A DNA stretch of 62,922 nucleotides, counting the filler, from Conidiobolus incongruus B7586 (Eukaryota), in NCBI GenBank assembly GCA_000697335.1. It is 5 parts of 5 records of this genome, joined end to end, with 100 filler letters (N's around TTAATTAATTAA, not from the genome) between each part and the next. Parts side by side here need not be neighbours in the genome. Positions count along the whole stretch, not along the records: positions 33,936 to 54,207 come from JNEM01006187.1; 4 more parts are not named here. One strand, written 5' to 3'. Under the pieces are notes generated by a model that did no database searches, was not told where the DNA came from, and worked only from the letters and a program-made list of their open reading frames with translations. Position 1 is the stretch's first letter; the number at the start of each line of letters is the position of its first letter. Shown in pieces: positions 38,958 to 52,466 of the stretch. The position numbers and the translations under genes are program-made.

Positions 38958-39395
38958 ATGAATCATTCTATTTTATATTGGTTATTTTTATTCTTTAACT
39001 TATTTTATTGCTTCGGTTTCTAGTCATAATGAGAATGAATTAAATTCACAAGCTCATAAGGATCGTAGTAGGTTGAGGGAGTGGTTTAATGAGAATGACA
39101 AGAAGTTGATTAAGAATGGGTATAGAATTATGGTGATGAAGGCGCAAGAGAAAACAGAAAGGGTCGGAGGTATTAAAAGTCCATCACAAAAAAAGTTTAC
39201 AGTCACTTGGAGAAAGGTAATGCTAAATACAATGGTGGTGACAATGAAGCTCATAATAATCTAAAATCCAAGTTGGGTACGAAATCAAATGAACTGACGA
39301 AACAATTGAAGCAAAAAGCTTTCAGTATAAAGAAGTTTATTGAAGATCATCATCTTCACAAAAACGGTATCGTCAACGAATTCGATGAAGTTTAA
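38958..39395 (+). pseudogene. Frameshifted candidate small secreted protein gene (pseudogene or sequencing errors)
   Basis: ATG 38958 begins a hydrophobic MNHSILYWLFLF. A frame change continues LTYFIASVSSHNENELN into ORF 39073-39264, and a second change continues into ORF 39207-39395. Purine-rich coding-like composition, no recognised family. Confidence 0.3.
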
Positions 39396-39437
39396 ATTTA
39401 ATAAAAATCATAATGCATTTTTTAAAGTATTTTGATG

Positions 39438-39908
39438 TTATATTTCATAGTTTCTGAACTGGTCAATTAAACTTCTTCCAACCTGAATAGGTGCAATAAT
39501 TTTATCTTTGCTAATTTCTTCTTTTTTTTCTTCGGTTTCTGCTTTCAACCATTTGGTCGTATCGGGCTTCGCCCAGTGTAGTGACTGGGCTGCAGGAGGT
39601 AAATTTATCCACGTATTAAATGAAATGGCTAAACCTGACCTTAACCAAGTGTCATACTTCTCCCTCAGTTCAGGATCTTTCATTAAATCATAACAAGCGT
39701 TTAGCTTTTGAATTTCTGTAAAACCTCCAGAGTCTTTTTTGGATTCTTTATTCTTATCGGGATGAAGCTCTTTAGCTAATTTGCGATATTCAACTGAAAT
39801 TTGTTCAATAGAATTGCCTGGTGCACAGTTTAATATGTCGTAAGCTTTGTCTAAAAATTTGTATTCGCTTTCATTTTTATTAGTAAATATATTATTAAAG
39901 GAGCTCAT
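39438..39908 (-). CDS. DNAJC12: J-domain co-chaperone, DNAJC12/JDP1 orthologue, 156 aa
   Basis: J domain YDILNC...SIEQI..EY...HPDKN, then KYDTWLRSGLAISFNTW, SLHWA, and the C-terminal FRNYEI that is characteristic of animal DNAJC12. Confidence 0.88.
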   Translation of the reverse strand: MSSFNNIFTNKNESEYKFLDKAYDILNCAPGNSIEQISVEYRKLAKELHPDKNKESKKDSGGFTEIQKLNACYDLMKDPELREKYDTWLRSGLAISFNTWINLPPAAQSLHWAKPDTTKWLKAETEEKKEEISKDKIIAPIQVGRSLIDQFRNYEI

Positions 39909-40117
39909 AGTATTGGTTTGATTTTAAAATTTTATAAAGGATATAAAATGACAGAATGATGACAAGTAGATTTATATGCTGATTCGGTAAAATATGTTTA
40001 ATTATGGTGTTATAAAGTCACGTGATTAACTAACTGCATTTATATTAATATTAATATCATAATAAATATAAATAATAATGATTTTTATTATGTTTTAATT
40101 TAATAAGTGTTGGATGA

Positions 40118-41303
40118 TTAATCAGCTTCGGGAGTAGGTAAAGCATCTTCGCCTTCTTGTGCGGCTGGCTCTTCTTGTTCATTTTTAATTAAATCAAGAT
40201 CATCATCCTCTTCATCATCCTTCTTTCTGTAGATGGTAATTTCTTGTTGTTTGAAGTAACGACGATTTTCTTCATCGACAAGTACTAAATTCAAATAGTA
40301 ACGAGTAGAGAATTTCTTATTGACATCGCGATAGGTAGGTGTTAATTCAAATCCTCCCATAAATAACCTAATAGGAATGGTTTCCCCACGAACTGGAGCA
40401 CCGTCCATAATTTCATATTTGGTCACAGTTTCGCTTTCATTATATTGGTTAGGAGCTGACCCTGTAGTTTCCCTTCTGATAATAGAGAGTTCCATATGCT
40501 TGATTTTAATACGAACTAATAAGAAGTAGATTTTACCAACGATGACGTCTTTAAGATGGTATTTTGATTTGTTATATTCAAATTCAATATGTAAACAATC
40601 TTCAATACCAACTTCCATCTTAATGACATTATTAGTTTCAGCAGGCATTCTGTAAGAATGAACCCAAATATCCTTCTCTTGAACAATATCAGACATTCTT
40701 CGACTGATGGTAACTCTGATAAAGTATCTCAATTTAACATTGATACCATGGTAACTTTCATAAGCCTTTTCAACGTTCTTAAATTCAAAATCAAAGGAAG
40801 TAGTTTGTCTCAATTCGCCAGGTGTGCATAATTCTTGAACTAAAGAAGTGAATTCATAGTGATTTCCTCTATCATAAAACATTTCTATATGATAAATGAT
40901 ATAAACATTGTATTATTAAATTGATATCTTAAATTATGGAATTTACCAATATTTCCAATAAATTCAACCTTAATACCGTGGTGTTCTAATTTTTTACCAT
41001 CTTTAACCTTTACAATCACCTAAAATAAAATAAATAAATTCCCAAGCTATATCAATGTCTATTCCATTTACCTTTCCACTAACTGATTCCCCATCGAAAA
41101 ATAAGGGAAACTTTTCACGATGATCTTTATCAACTTTAACTTCTACTAATTTTCTCTCTTCTTCGTTATTAAAGCGAACCTCAATTTCAGCGGGCGTACC
41201 TAAACCGAATAAACTCTAAATAATAAAAATTAAATTAATATATATTGAAATTAAGTTTGATGAACAATAGTATTTAAAATAACAAAATATATTAATTAAC
41301 CAT
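40118..41303 (-). CDS. VPS26: Retromer subunit Vps26; exons 41303-41301 (ATG only), 41215-41072, 41019-40947, 40884-40118
   Basis: FPLFFDGESVSGK, GKKLEHHGIKVEFIGNIEMFYDRGNH, IKMEVGIEDCLHIEFEYNKSKYHLKDVIVGKIYF, EIMDGAPVRGETIPIRLF, RRYFKQQEI. Confidence 0.96.
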
Positions 41304-43047
41304 TAGTACGCTTTGATTTAAAATATTAATGAAAAGAGGTTGAAACAGCAGTATTATTTGGTTAATCTAAATCATCTGATTGGCTGCGAAAACAAAAATT
41401 TGAATTACAATTCAGATTAATTGAATAAAAGTTAAAATAATGACTACTATATATTTTATGAGATACAATACATATAGCAAATATATACAATACAAATATT
41501 AATGATAAAATCATTTCATACCGCAACTGACATAATCCAATAATATTAATATTTAAAAAAATAAAAATGTTAATTAAGTGACTATTGATTGTTGAACATA
41601 GCTTGAATTGATTAATTTAAATCATTCAATTAAATATGTTGAAATTTTGGGAATTTTTGTTTATGGAATTAGTGAATAAAAAATTATTTTGATCTAATAT
41701 TAATTTGCAAAATGCATTTAATTTTAGTTTATATTTTACCATTATCATCTTAATATACATTTATTATATCCAACTTTTAAATAATAATAGTTGATTGTTT
41801 TGTCATACATTTTTTGAAAAAATTGAATTCTATAAATATGACATCAGAATTGAACATACTAAATAAAACACAAAATGACTCAATTCATTCTTAATAAGGG
41901 ATCAAGTTAATTATGTATTGTCAATGATTAATTCATATTCAATTTCAAAGTTAAAAGAAATGACAATGAAGAGTTTTTTAGCAAAAGTTTAAATATTGTT
42001 GACATAAATAATTACCCATTATGAGAATTTTCTGAACAACCTACGTCCCATTATCTACGTCCCATTATCCAGCTGTAGATACTCTCTCAATAGACATGAG
42101 TGTTGCAATGGAAATTCGTGATATTGAACAAAGTGCTGATGTTGACTTTGCTACAAGTATCTCGGAATGTATTAACTATTTATATGTAAATCATGTTGCA
42201 CACACTCGGAAAGACATCTCTTTTACATATTTGGCCAAAGCATTGTTGCAAAAAATATGTATGCATCATGTATCAGCGCCAAATCTATTCTTCAGCTTAA
42301 GAAAATAAGTTACATACGAGCAATTCAAGTCCTGAGCCACGGCATATTGCAACAATCATTCAACCTTCCAACGCAGCAGCACTAATCATGATCTTGTTTT
42401 AAATAATCGCCTATTTAACAAATATGATTCTCCTTACATAAAAATAAATAGTACTAATCTTATTTTTTATACGATAAAATTTAGAGGATTTATTAATTAA
42501 TACGATTGGCATCATATCCTTCAATACAAACTGTAAAGCATAGTTTCTCAAATTTTCAAAGTTCAAAGCACAGGGCTCAAGGTATGGACAACGTAGAGAA
42601 CTGAGAGCTAATTCTCAAAGTATATTTTCGATTCATCTTTGAATCTATTTACAATTAGCAAGGCCCAATTACTATGTCTAATGAAACGATCACAAAAATG
42701 AACTTTATTGCTACTATGATCTCTATAATAATTTGAAAATTATTTCTTCAATATTGAGTATAATTGATAATGAAATTACTATTATTGTTATTTCATGTTA
42801 AAAAAACAATAGGAATAGACTACTTGTATAAGGCATATTTTAAACCTAGATCAAATTAATATCATTAAATTTGTATTCTTTTTGTAATCATTATTGGAAA
42901 TAGGTGAAAAAGAATGGAATGATATATTTCAATAATGAACCCATAATTGCAAAAATAAATTTAAAATTTATAAATTTGACATTATTATTACAATCACACG
43001 TCATATCAATAACTTATCATAATTATCACAATTATCAATAATAATTT

Positions 43048-44451
43048 ATGAAACTTGAAGAGATTATCAATCAAATATTTAATACTAGTAATAATAATCA
43101 TGTCAACCTCAATACATTATGTTCTCAGCTAAATACAAATTTGAGCAATTTATCCCAATACGAACAATATCAAAATTTTAACAAATTATTAAATAAAAGT
43201 AATATAATTAAATTATTTATAAATTAGTTACTCTTTTAATATTAAGAAAAAATGCTGTTTATATAATACTAATTATTGATTATATTATTGTTTATTTAAC
43301 TTCTTTTTCCATTTAGTTAGTGAAGAAAGTATACAAACTTGGTACTATGCGATAATATTTACATATTGGAAATACCGATCCCAAACAATTATTCAGAACC
43401 CATATTTAACCACTTATCAAAACTGTCTATTAAATTTTAAAAAATTAGATAATAATGAAAATTCTAAAAATTATCTGACACCTGTGTTAAGGAGTTTAAT
43501 TTGGTCCTTATCAGATGAATTATCAAAGGTAAATTAGTAGATTTTTTGAATTTATCTCATATTGATACTAATGAATTTTTATTCAAGTATTTGGATTTAC
43601 CTTTAGAAAAATATATGAAAAAGTTATTAAATTTTAATGATTCAGCATTTGAATCAATCAACAATTTATATAACATTGATGAATTATTAAATCTCAAACA
43701 TCCTTGGGTTTTAAATGATGACTTTAAACAACAATTGGATGGCTTAGTTGTTCCTCCTCCGCTTCCAATAACCTTGAATGACCTTCACTTTGCTGACTAT
43801 CACTTACCTATTTATAACTTGGAATGGAGTGAATTTATAATAGATCAAGAGAATGACTATTGTATACCAGACTTTGCTTTATTGAATGCATGGAATCTCG
43901 CATTAAAACAAACGCTACATCCAGATATGATCAAAGTACTGATATGTGAATTATATTACTCCAAGGAACGAAACCGACTATATCCGTTATTATTCCAAGA
44001 ATTTATTTCTATAGACCAAATCCTGAAATTATCGGAACACAACATGGATTTAACCCTCGTATTCTTCGATTCATTATCGCAATACCCCCCTCAATTTGAT
44101 ACATACTTAGACTTATTACTAGAATCACCCATTAATGTGAATTATTTAAACCTCATATCTAATCTATTTCACTTTCAAGTCAACTTCACCAAGTCATTCT
44201 ATTCTGGCCTCATTTATAATTTAATTAATTACTGCCAGCAGCCCAACGCTACTTCAATAGAAACTGATAATGACCAAATCCGAAAATTACTATTAACAAG
44301 TCAGTTCTTGCTTAACTGGATATCATTACCGATTAATGTGCATTTAAAAGATCATTTACTAGAGCTTAAAAACACTTTTTTAACGTTTATTGTATGGGGT
44401 CACATAGGTGATTTAATTCGATGGATTGATGATCAATTTACCATGGGTTAA
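43048..44451 (+). CDS. CNOT11: Divergent CCR4-NOT subunit 11 (CNOT11, DUF2363 C-terminus); 5' exon boundaries approximate
   Basis: The exon near 43318-43528 gives YWKYRSQTIIQNPY (cf. LWEMYRTEPLAANPF). The last exon has PPPLPITLNDLHF and LSEHN...TYLDLLLESPINVNYLNLISNL...FYSGLIYNLINYC...QIRKLLLTSQFL, matching the CNOT11 C-terminal helical domain pattern. Confidence 0.7.
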
Positions 44452-45026
44452 TTATTCAAGGATAACCGCTTCATACAACAATACCTAGTATTTATATTAT
44501 ATGAAATAAAGGATTAACTATTAATTTTATCTGTATTGAGCATTTTTATAAATATCAATGTAATCAATTCAATTTAATTTCACTGAGGAAGTCGGTTTGA
44601 AATTTATCAATTTTTTATTAATATAAATAACTATGAATAATTTTGAAAATGATTATAAATTTAATTCGAATAAAATATTATTGGGTAATATTTAGATTTT
44701 TACAAAAATTTATTGGAGTAATAATAGTTAATATGAATTCTTATTTTTAATTAAAATTTTTGTTAGTTAAGGTTTATTTGAGAGTATTAAAATTGAAATA
44801 ATATATATTATCTTTTGATGAAAAAGTAATTAGCATTAATCTTATTTTAAGAATAATTAATGAATGTGATTTTCTTTGATATATTTAAATCAATATAGAT
44901 GGGTTATAAAATCTTAATTGAATTTTTAATAATTATATCAATTAGAAATAAATCAAAATCTAACTAATTATATTAAAATTATTTATGATAAAAATCATTT
45001 TAGTAAGAAACAAAATAATAAAAGGA

Positions 45027-46077
45027 TTATTCATTGTTTTTCATAGCTCTAGCCTTCAAACTGTTGGCCAAAGAATTCCTAAAATCATTCTTCAATTCTT
45101 CATCCATTTTAGACTGAGTTGAGCGGATCATATTCACCACGTCTTTAGTCTTTTGGAAGTAAACTTCTTGTAAAATACTACGAATTTTCATTTCTATCTC
45201 CTCTACCATTCTTCCTAAATTGCCAATATGTTGATTGGGATCGGTTGCTGGAAGATCAAAAGTTTCCTAAAATTTAGAATATTTCATGAGTATTAAACAA
45301 TCATTGAAATGAATAAAATAGTTACCTGACGAGTGATACTACCAGAAAGATTCATATAGCCTACAGTACTTGTACTCTTAATGGTATATAACATAACGGT
45401 AGAAGTTAATTCATAATGAGATTGAGGTCCCTTTTCATGACATTGAAATATGTGAATAGAATCCCAAACTCCTCTCACGTTTTTATTACTATCATTAACT
45501 ATTCAATTTAAGAAAAATATACTGATATAATAAATAAATAAATAGGCATATTGTATCATTTACCTTTCTTAATTAAAATAGCACCTGCAAAACCGTTTTG
45601 AACTTCCCAAAAATAAACGGAAGAAACACCGCCTTCGTAATATCTAAAACAAAACAATATTAATATTAATAAAACTAATATCAATAAAATAAAAATATTA
45701 CAATTCCCTGTAAGTATCAAAAGCTTGATTGGCAGCCAACTCCAATTGTCTCAATTTAGGGTTAGGAAAGTCGGCATCCTGAATAGGAGGGTCGTACTCG
45801 TTAGACCATGGAGAGCGGTAAGAATCGCCAATACGGTTAAAGTCAGCTTGGAGGTAGTGCTTACCAGTTTGAGAACATTTGGCAATAATGAGAGGTTGGT
45901 CAATTGATTCCAAAATATCATCCGTTAAGTCGGGTAAAATTTGAATCAGCTTGGAGGTGTTCTCTTCCACCTTTTGAGGTGGTAAACGTCTCATAAGATC
46001 CAAAGCGCAGTCTAAAGCATCAGCCTAACCAATTGATATTATCGTTATTGAATAACTTATTTGAATATGTTTACCAT
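45027..46077 (-). CDS. CAP2: F-actin capping protein beta subunit; exons 46077-46075 (ATG only), 46024-45702, 45643-45564, 45498-45326, 45266-45027
   Basis: [80 protein letters not shown]. Confidence 0.96.
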
Positions 46078-46826
46078 TTTTGAATTTAATTGAATGATAT
46101 GTTAATTGAATGAATGGATGAGTGTTTGATTCTTAATTTGACAATGGACTGTAAATATTTAACTTTATAATTATGGTTTTGGACTATTTTATTAAACACG
46201 ATTGGATGATGATGTCATTTACACAATCACAAACTCAAAAATTAAGCCCATTTTCTATTTAACAAATTATGAATAGTTAAATAAAATTTATGAAAATAGT
46301 CATTTTCAAAAAATATTACTATATTTTTGTAATAACAATAAGATCAATATTTAATATTTCTGAAACAATTGGCAATTTCTAGTTAAATTCTAGTTAATTG
46401 ATTTAATTGTATCAAAATTATTGAAAAAAAATATCGTGATTTACTCAATCAAAATATTAGTAGAAAATTAAATATACTTAAATACAGAGGTATGAAAACC
46501 CACATTTATTAAATAATTTTTTTGATTATTAACATAATAGTCCAACCCTTACATCAATTAATTTAATTCGACAATACATTATCAAGATATCACTTTTATA
46601 TAATAATTTTCCAACATAATCCCATAAATGAAAAATAATTTGATCAAAAGTTAAATTCAATCACTCTCTGTTCAATGAATTAATAAGTTTCAATTATATA
46701 TTGTTTAATTTTAACTATTAAACAGAATTACTATAATTATCAAAATAATTTAAACTAAGCAATAGTTTTAATATAAATTATATTATAATTCAATTTAACA
46801 ATATATAAATTCTATTTGTATCACTG

Positions 46827-49800
46827 ATGAAAGCAAGTAAAGGTGAATTCGTTGAGAAAGAGTTAGAAGTAATAAATTCAGATATAACTTTCAAATTCTA
46901 AGATTTGACTTTTTTAATATTGATAGGAACTAAACTTCTGGCGACTCAATAAAACGTGCAACCTTCAAATTACTCCACTTAGTAAACCGGATCCTGACGA
47001 AGAAGATTTGAAAGAAGCTAGCTTTGCTATTAATGACTATATCCCCAAAAATTTATTAGATATTTGCCAATCTAAACAATTAATATTAATGGGAAATACT
47101 AAGGGTACTATAATCTATTCTCTTAATCATTTTTTATGGTTATTGATTTCGTAATATTTTAGGTTTTTCTATTTTATCAACCACTAAATTTTATGAAAAA
47201 CTTCGAGAGGCTGATGATTCAATCCAACAAGCATACTCTCCACTTTGGGTTTGTACAAGGCAAGGCATCCCCTCATACCTTAAATTCTTACCCGGCGACG
47301 AAAAGATTTTAGTTGCTGTTAGAAATCATTTATTAGTTTATGAAATTTCTGAAATATTCGAAAAAGTAATTACAAATCAATCCTTATTTGAGTTGATCCA
47401 ATAACAATTGGTATTTAGAAAAATCAGGCTGCTCCTATCCATCAATTAGAATTTAATGGAGAATCCATTACTAAATTAGCTATTAATCGCTCCAGTGAAA
47501 ATACTTGTATTATAATTGTGTTGGATGGTGAATCTGTCCATTTATTGAACTCGGATTTAACTTATAAATTGGAAACAGAGTTACAAGGAGTTGCAGGTAT
47601 TTCCATATATTTTTCAATTTTACTGATTTTTTAACAATATTTGAATAGTTGGATTTATTGGTGACGAAGAAGACAACTTTTGTATTGGTCTTTTGGATGG
47701 TACAATTAAGAAGTACAATATCCAAGGTGAAGAAAAATTCACCTTTCCAACCCCTGTTGAAATTCAAACACAAAAGGTGCAATTAGTTGAGTTTCAATTT
47801 GCTAATCCCAAAACTTTAATCTCTTTACATTTCGACTCAGACCAAGATTTGTATTGGTTAACTTTTTCAATTATTAAGGATGGTGAAATCTGCTACTATT
47901 CCTCAAGTGACTTGGTTTTCCCTCCTTTTGAGAATTCTCTCCAGCAGCATTTTTTTGTGAATGAAATTCCAGATATTCTTCCAAATAATGAACAATTGCT
48001 CGTAATGAATTTTTCTTTCCACAGTAATGCTATTTATTTTAAGGTTCGCTCAAATGAAAATACTCAAGTCGAAACCCTTACTCCCAATGAAAGATTTTTA
48101 ATCAACCATCCTCTCATTGAATTCCATGACGATTCCGATTCTTTCCCAGTTGGTCAAATTTTAGATTTATCAGTTCAAGGACTCATCCCCAATCCCGATC
48201 TCGATTCTGGTGCTGATCTTTCACCTAGACCTATCCTCACTATCCTCAATACTTATGGACAGTGTTATGCTTATGATGTCATTTATCGTGATACTATAAA
48301 GGATGAAAATTATAAGTATAAGATGCTAGAAAGCAAAGATTATTTCTCAGAAGCTGGACATGGTGATCTTTCAAAAATTCAATGGACTGAGGAGATTCCT
48401 GATGGTGGGTTCCCTGAAACTTTGGAATTATCTGCTCTTCCAACTCCAGTCACACAAATTAGTGAAGCAATTTCAGAAACTGAAGCTGAGCAATATAAGG
48501 TTGAAGATGCTAAAATTGCTAATACCGAGAATGATTCTACTGGAGTTATATCTCAACTTACTAAAGAATCTGACTATTCATTCTTATCTAGCAAATCCAA
48601 TAATGAAACTACTCCTGAAACCTTATCTATTCCAAAAGAGAGCTCCAGTGAAACAAAGGATGATTCTACTAGAGCAGAGCCTAGCAAAGGTATGTAACTA
48701 TACAAAGATACTAAGTTTATATTTAATAACAATTTATATAGATGGTTCACAATTTAAATCAACAGCTGAGACTCAAGATCAAAAACCCCAAACATCCACT
48801 GCAAATCTGCTTACAAAGATTGAACTACCAAAAGTACAATCTACTTTTCAACCCTCAGCTCCGTTAAATCAAACAAAAGCTGCTGAGCCCTTCCAACAAG
48901 AGGATGATGATGACATGGAAGATGAAGTTGCAGAATCAGAACCTGTGGCATTTCAATGGCCTACTCTTCCAACCTATCCAGCTTGTCCTGAACCTCCTAA
49001 ACATACAGAAACTAAAGAACAGGTTGCTAGCATGATTATCAACTTATTCAAGGATAAGTTCAACGATCAATTAAACTCTGCTCGAGCTTCTCTTAAACAA
49101 TCTGGCGATCAAATAACCGCTTTTAGAGATGAATACATGTATAGTTCCATTTCTATCGGTGAATATGAACCACAAAATGTTACTGAATGGAGCCAGTATT
49201 TAGATCAATTGATTTCTTCTATTAAAACACAGAAAATGAATTCTTCTAACTGTATACAAAAAGTCACCGCCGCTTATGAAGGATGGAAACAATTGAATCG
49301 ATTCTATCAGCACATATTAAATGAAATTAGAGGATTAAACCAAAAGAACCCAACCCAATTTAATCAGCTATCGCCTGAACAGATTCGTGAATACTCCAAA
49401 TTTAATGATTGGAATGAATCTTGTAATCGTCTTAGTAAGCAAGTTGAAGAATTATTTGCTAAACTTGAAAACAAAGGTTCAGATAGTAAAAGGTATTTAT
49501 TTTCTTCATTTATATAGTATTAGTTTAATAACATTATCTCAATTTGCAGAGTACCAACTATCGATCAAATTCAAATCGTAATGAATAATATCAATACCTC
49601 GATTCAAGCAATCCAACAAAAATTATCTTCTCAGCTACTCCAAATCGAAGTCCTTCAATCTGATATGATTCAATCCAATGACAAGTACATCCCACACCAC
49701 TTTATCCCTAATCAAACAACTGTCTCCTCCAATAAGGAATCCAGTCTAGACACCATACAAATCTCTGACGCTGGTAAAAAACTTGCACAACAAAGACAAT

Positions 49801-50036
49801 CTAAATCAGCTTTGAAGGCTCAAATTTTTGATCAACTCTCCAAACGCAAGGTCAAATGCGTTGGACCCATGGTGAGAGGAATACCCGAACCTCTCAGTGT
49901 TGCAAAATGGGCTCCTAATGAAAATTTGGGATCCTCATATACTAGCGACGAACTCCCACCTCCCGACGTAGCTTCCACCAATTTTACATACGGCTCTTCA
50001 GACAGTTATAATATTTCTTCAGGATCATACGAATAG
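46827..50036 (+). CDS. NUP159: Nup159/Nup214-like nucleoporin (N-terminal beta-propeller plus C-terminal coiled coil), 959 aa; exons 46827-46868, 46927-47104, 47163-47365, 47419-47596, 47649-48689, 48742-49492, 49550-50036
   Basis: Seven exons total 2,880 nt in frame with GT-AG introns. NLLDICQSKQLILMGNTKG and DSFPVGQILDLS...PRPILTILNTYGQ resemble the first and last propeller blades of Nup159/Nup214. VPTIDQIQIVMNNI resembles the conserved C-terminal helix. Confidence 0.7.
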
Positions 50037-52466
50037 TTTATATTATTATTTTTCAGCAATGAAAAATAATCGTATTTATAATTTATCGTTATTCATTTTA
50101 ATAAAATCATCTATTTTTTAGATGACAAATAAATTTTCATATGTAATTTATTGAACAACACAATTTGGCTTTGAAGTCTTATTATCTTATACAAATAAAT
50201 AATAAAAATTTTAATTTATATATATTTGGAAGATCAATTATTTTATATAATTACAATTTGATAAAAATTTGAATATTAATAGTATTTACTTAGTATGATA
50301 ATATTTATGCAAAATTAAATTATCTAAATTATTACAAATTTTGTTTAATATAAAAATAATAAAATTTGGTATTTTTTCCTATTATCAAAAACTAAAAATA
50401 ATTATATATCGTATGTTCAATGAATAATTTATAATATAAAATATATAAATATCTCGATTATCAATTTACAAATATTTTGTAAAAATTTTAAAACTTGAAT
50501 TAATGAGATTGAGAAAACTATCCCATAATTTCCAACCACTATTTTTTTACCTTTTATTTTAGATCCAATGTTTTTACAAAATTCATTTTATTGATGATAA
50601 CACTTAATTGTTATCTATCAATACCTCATCCTAAACCAAACCCAATGAATAACAATTAAGGTAATACAACTTATTCAACTCTTTATCAATATACTTTCTT
50701 GATGAAGCAAAGTGATCCTTTTTTCATCTGACCTTGTTGAGTCCTAGACTCCATCCAAGTTGACTTTTTAAACTTTGTATTTTAATGGAATTCCTCGTTT
50801 CTGATCTTTTAATTAATCTGTATTTTTTCTAAATTATTGTTTACAAATTTACTAAAACTTTTTTTGGTTAGGTAATGAAATATTTATTTTGAGGTTTATT
50901 AATATTTAATAAAAACAAATTTTTTTAAACAAAATCTGTTTTTTTTATTGTTTTTTTCAATTATAATTATTCAAATTTTTAATAATTATTTAATTATATC
51001 ATTCTTCGTTCTATCTGTCTAATTCTTTTTATATTTCTCTTAAAATATTATAATTATTTTAATTATGAGAATTGATTGAATTTTTTTCTTTGAAAAATTA
51101 TTATAAAATAAATGTGAATGATATTTGAGTGAATAATTTTGAATAATTTTCAAATATATATTTCAAAATCAAAAATATCCTATGTTAATGAATTTGAGTT
51201 TAATTGACTGGTCTATTTGCTCTGTTGGAAATATCGCCTCACTTTATTTTTAAATTTCATACAAGATCAATGCTAAACATTAGTATTTATGATCAAATAC
51301 TAACATATCTTTCAATCAATATATTTAACTCTTTTCCAATTGTCTATGGTTTTAATCGTAATATTTATTAATTGTTGTGTATTCAATTAAATTAATATAC
51401 AAATCATCAATATCAATCACTACTAATTTTATATAAACTGATATCAATCTATATCATCCGACATTTATAATATTTATGAACTGATATATATATACATTAA
51501 TGAAGTCTTTTAGTGCTTGATTATAAGGTTATAATTCAACTCCATATTACTTGGAAATACTTAGTAATTAATAATATATTAAAATACATCGAAATATAGA
51601 CTATATTATAAATAATTATAATTTTTAATAGAGTTCAGTTTCTCCTTTTACGAAAAATAATGAAATAAATAGTGAGCTTATTACAGTTATATAAGTTCAT
51701 TTATCATTAAAACCAAATTTTCAAATTTAAAACTCATTAAATAATCAAAATATCCCTTCAACCAATAAAAAATCGATTGCCAAAAAAGAATAACAATATA
51801 AGTCTTAACTAATTAGTATCAAATCATTTCTTTTCTTATCAATTAAAGTCAGTGAAGGGTTTCTAATTTAACAATCACCTAGATGAATATACTAAAATAT
51901 AATTGATTATTAATAGAATTGGGCAGTAATTAATGTGTGGGTTTTAGCTTTGTTGATAGATATCAGTAATCTTAGCTAGTGATAGATTTAGATGGTTTTT
52001 TTGAATTTTGAGTTAATTTGAATATTCCGGTTTTTAAAGTTTGATACCTTTTTAGAACAAATTAATAATTTAAAAGGTAATTTTTTTATATTATTTGATA
52101 TTAAAATTACTATAGTATTAATGTAATACTAAGATTATGTATATATATATATTATCAAATATTTATAACCAAAATATAATAGAATTTAAATACTATATTG
52201 ACGTAATTATATATCTATTGATATCAATGAAACCAAAAATGGAGATCCTAAACTTGAGTACAAACTTTTGCAAGATTATTACATCATCTTAAAACTTTCA
52301 TATTCACCACTTCATAATTTCTCATAACATTTGATTTTAAAATGAACATTCTATACCTATTAACCAATAATTTAATATAAACTGGACTTTACTAAAGAGT
52401 ATATAAGCCTAGTTCTTTCCAAAGTTTAATTCAATTTTCCATTCTTTATTAAGAAAAACAATAAAT

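Noticed and set aside
42096..42308. 70-aa ORF with faint resemblance to hAT dimerisation or ABC motifs, plus a short tandem duplication of CTACGTCCCATTAT near 42041-42068
   Set aside because: The resemblance is too weak and there are no supporting exons or element ends.
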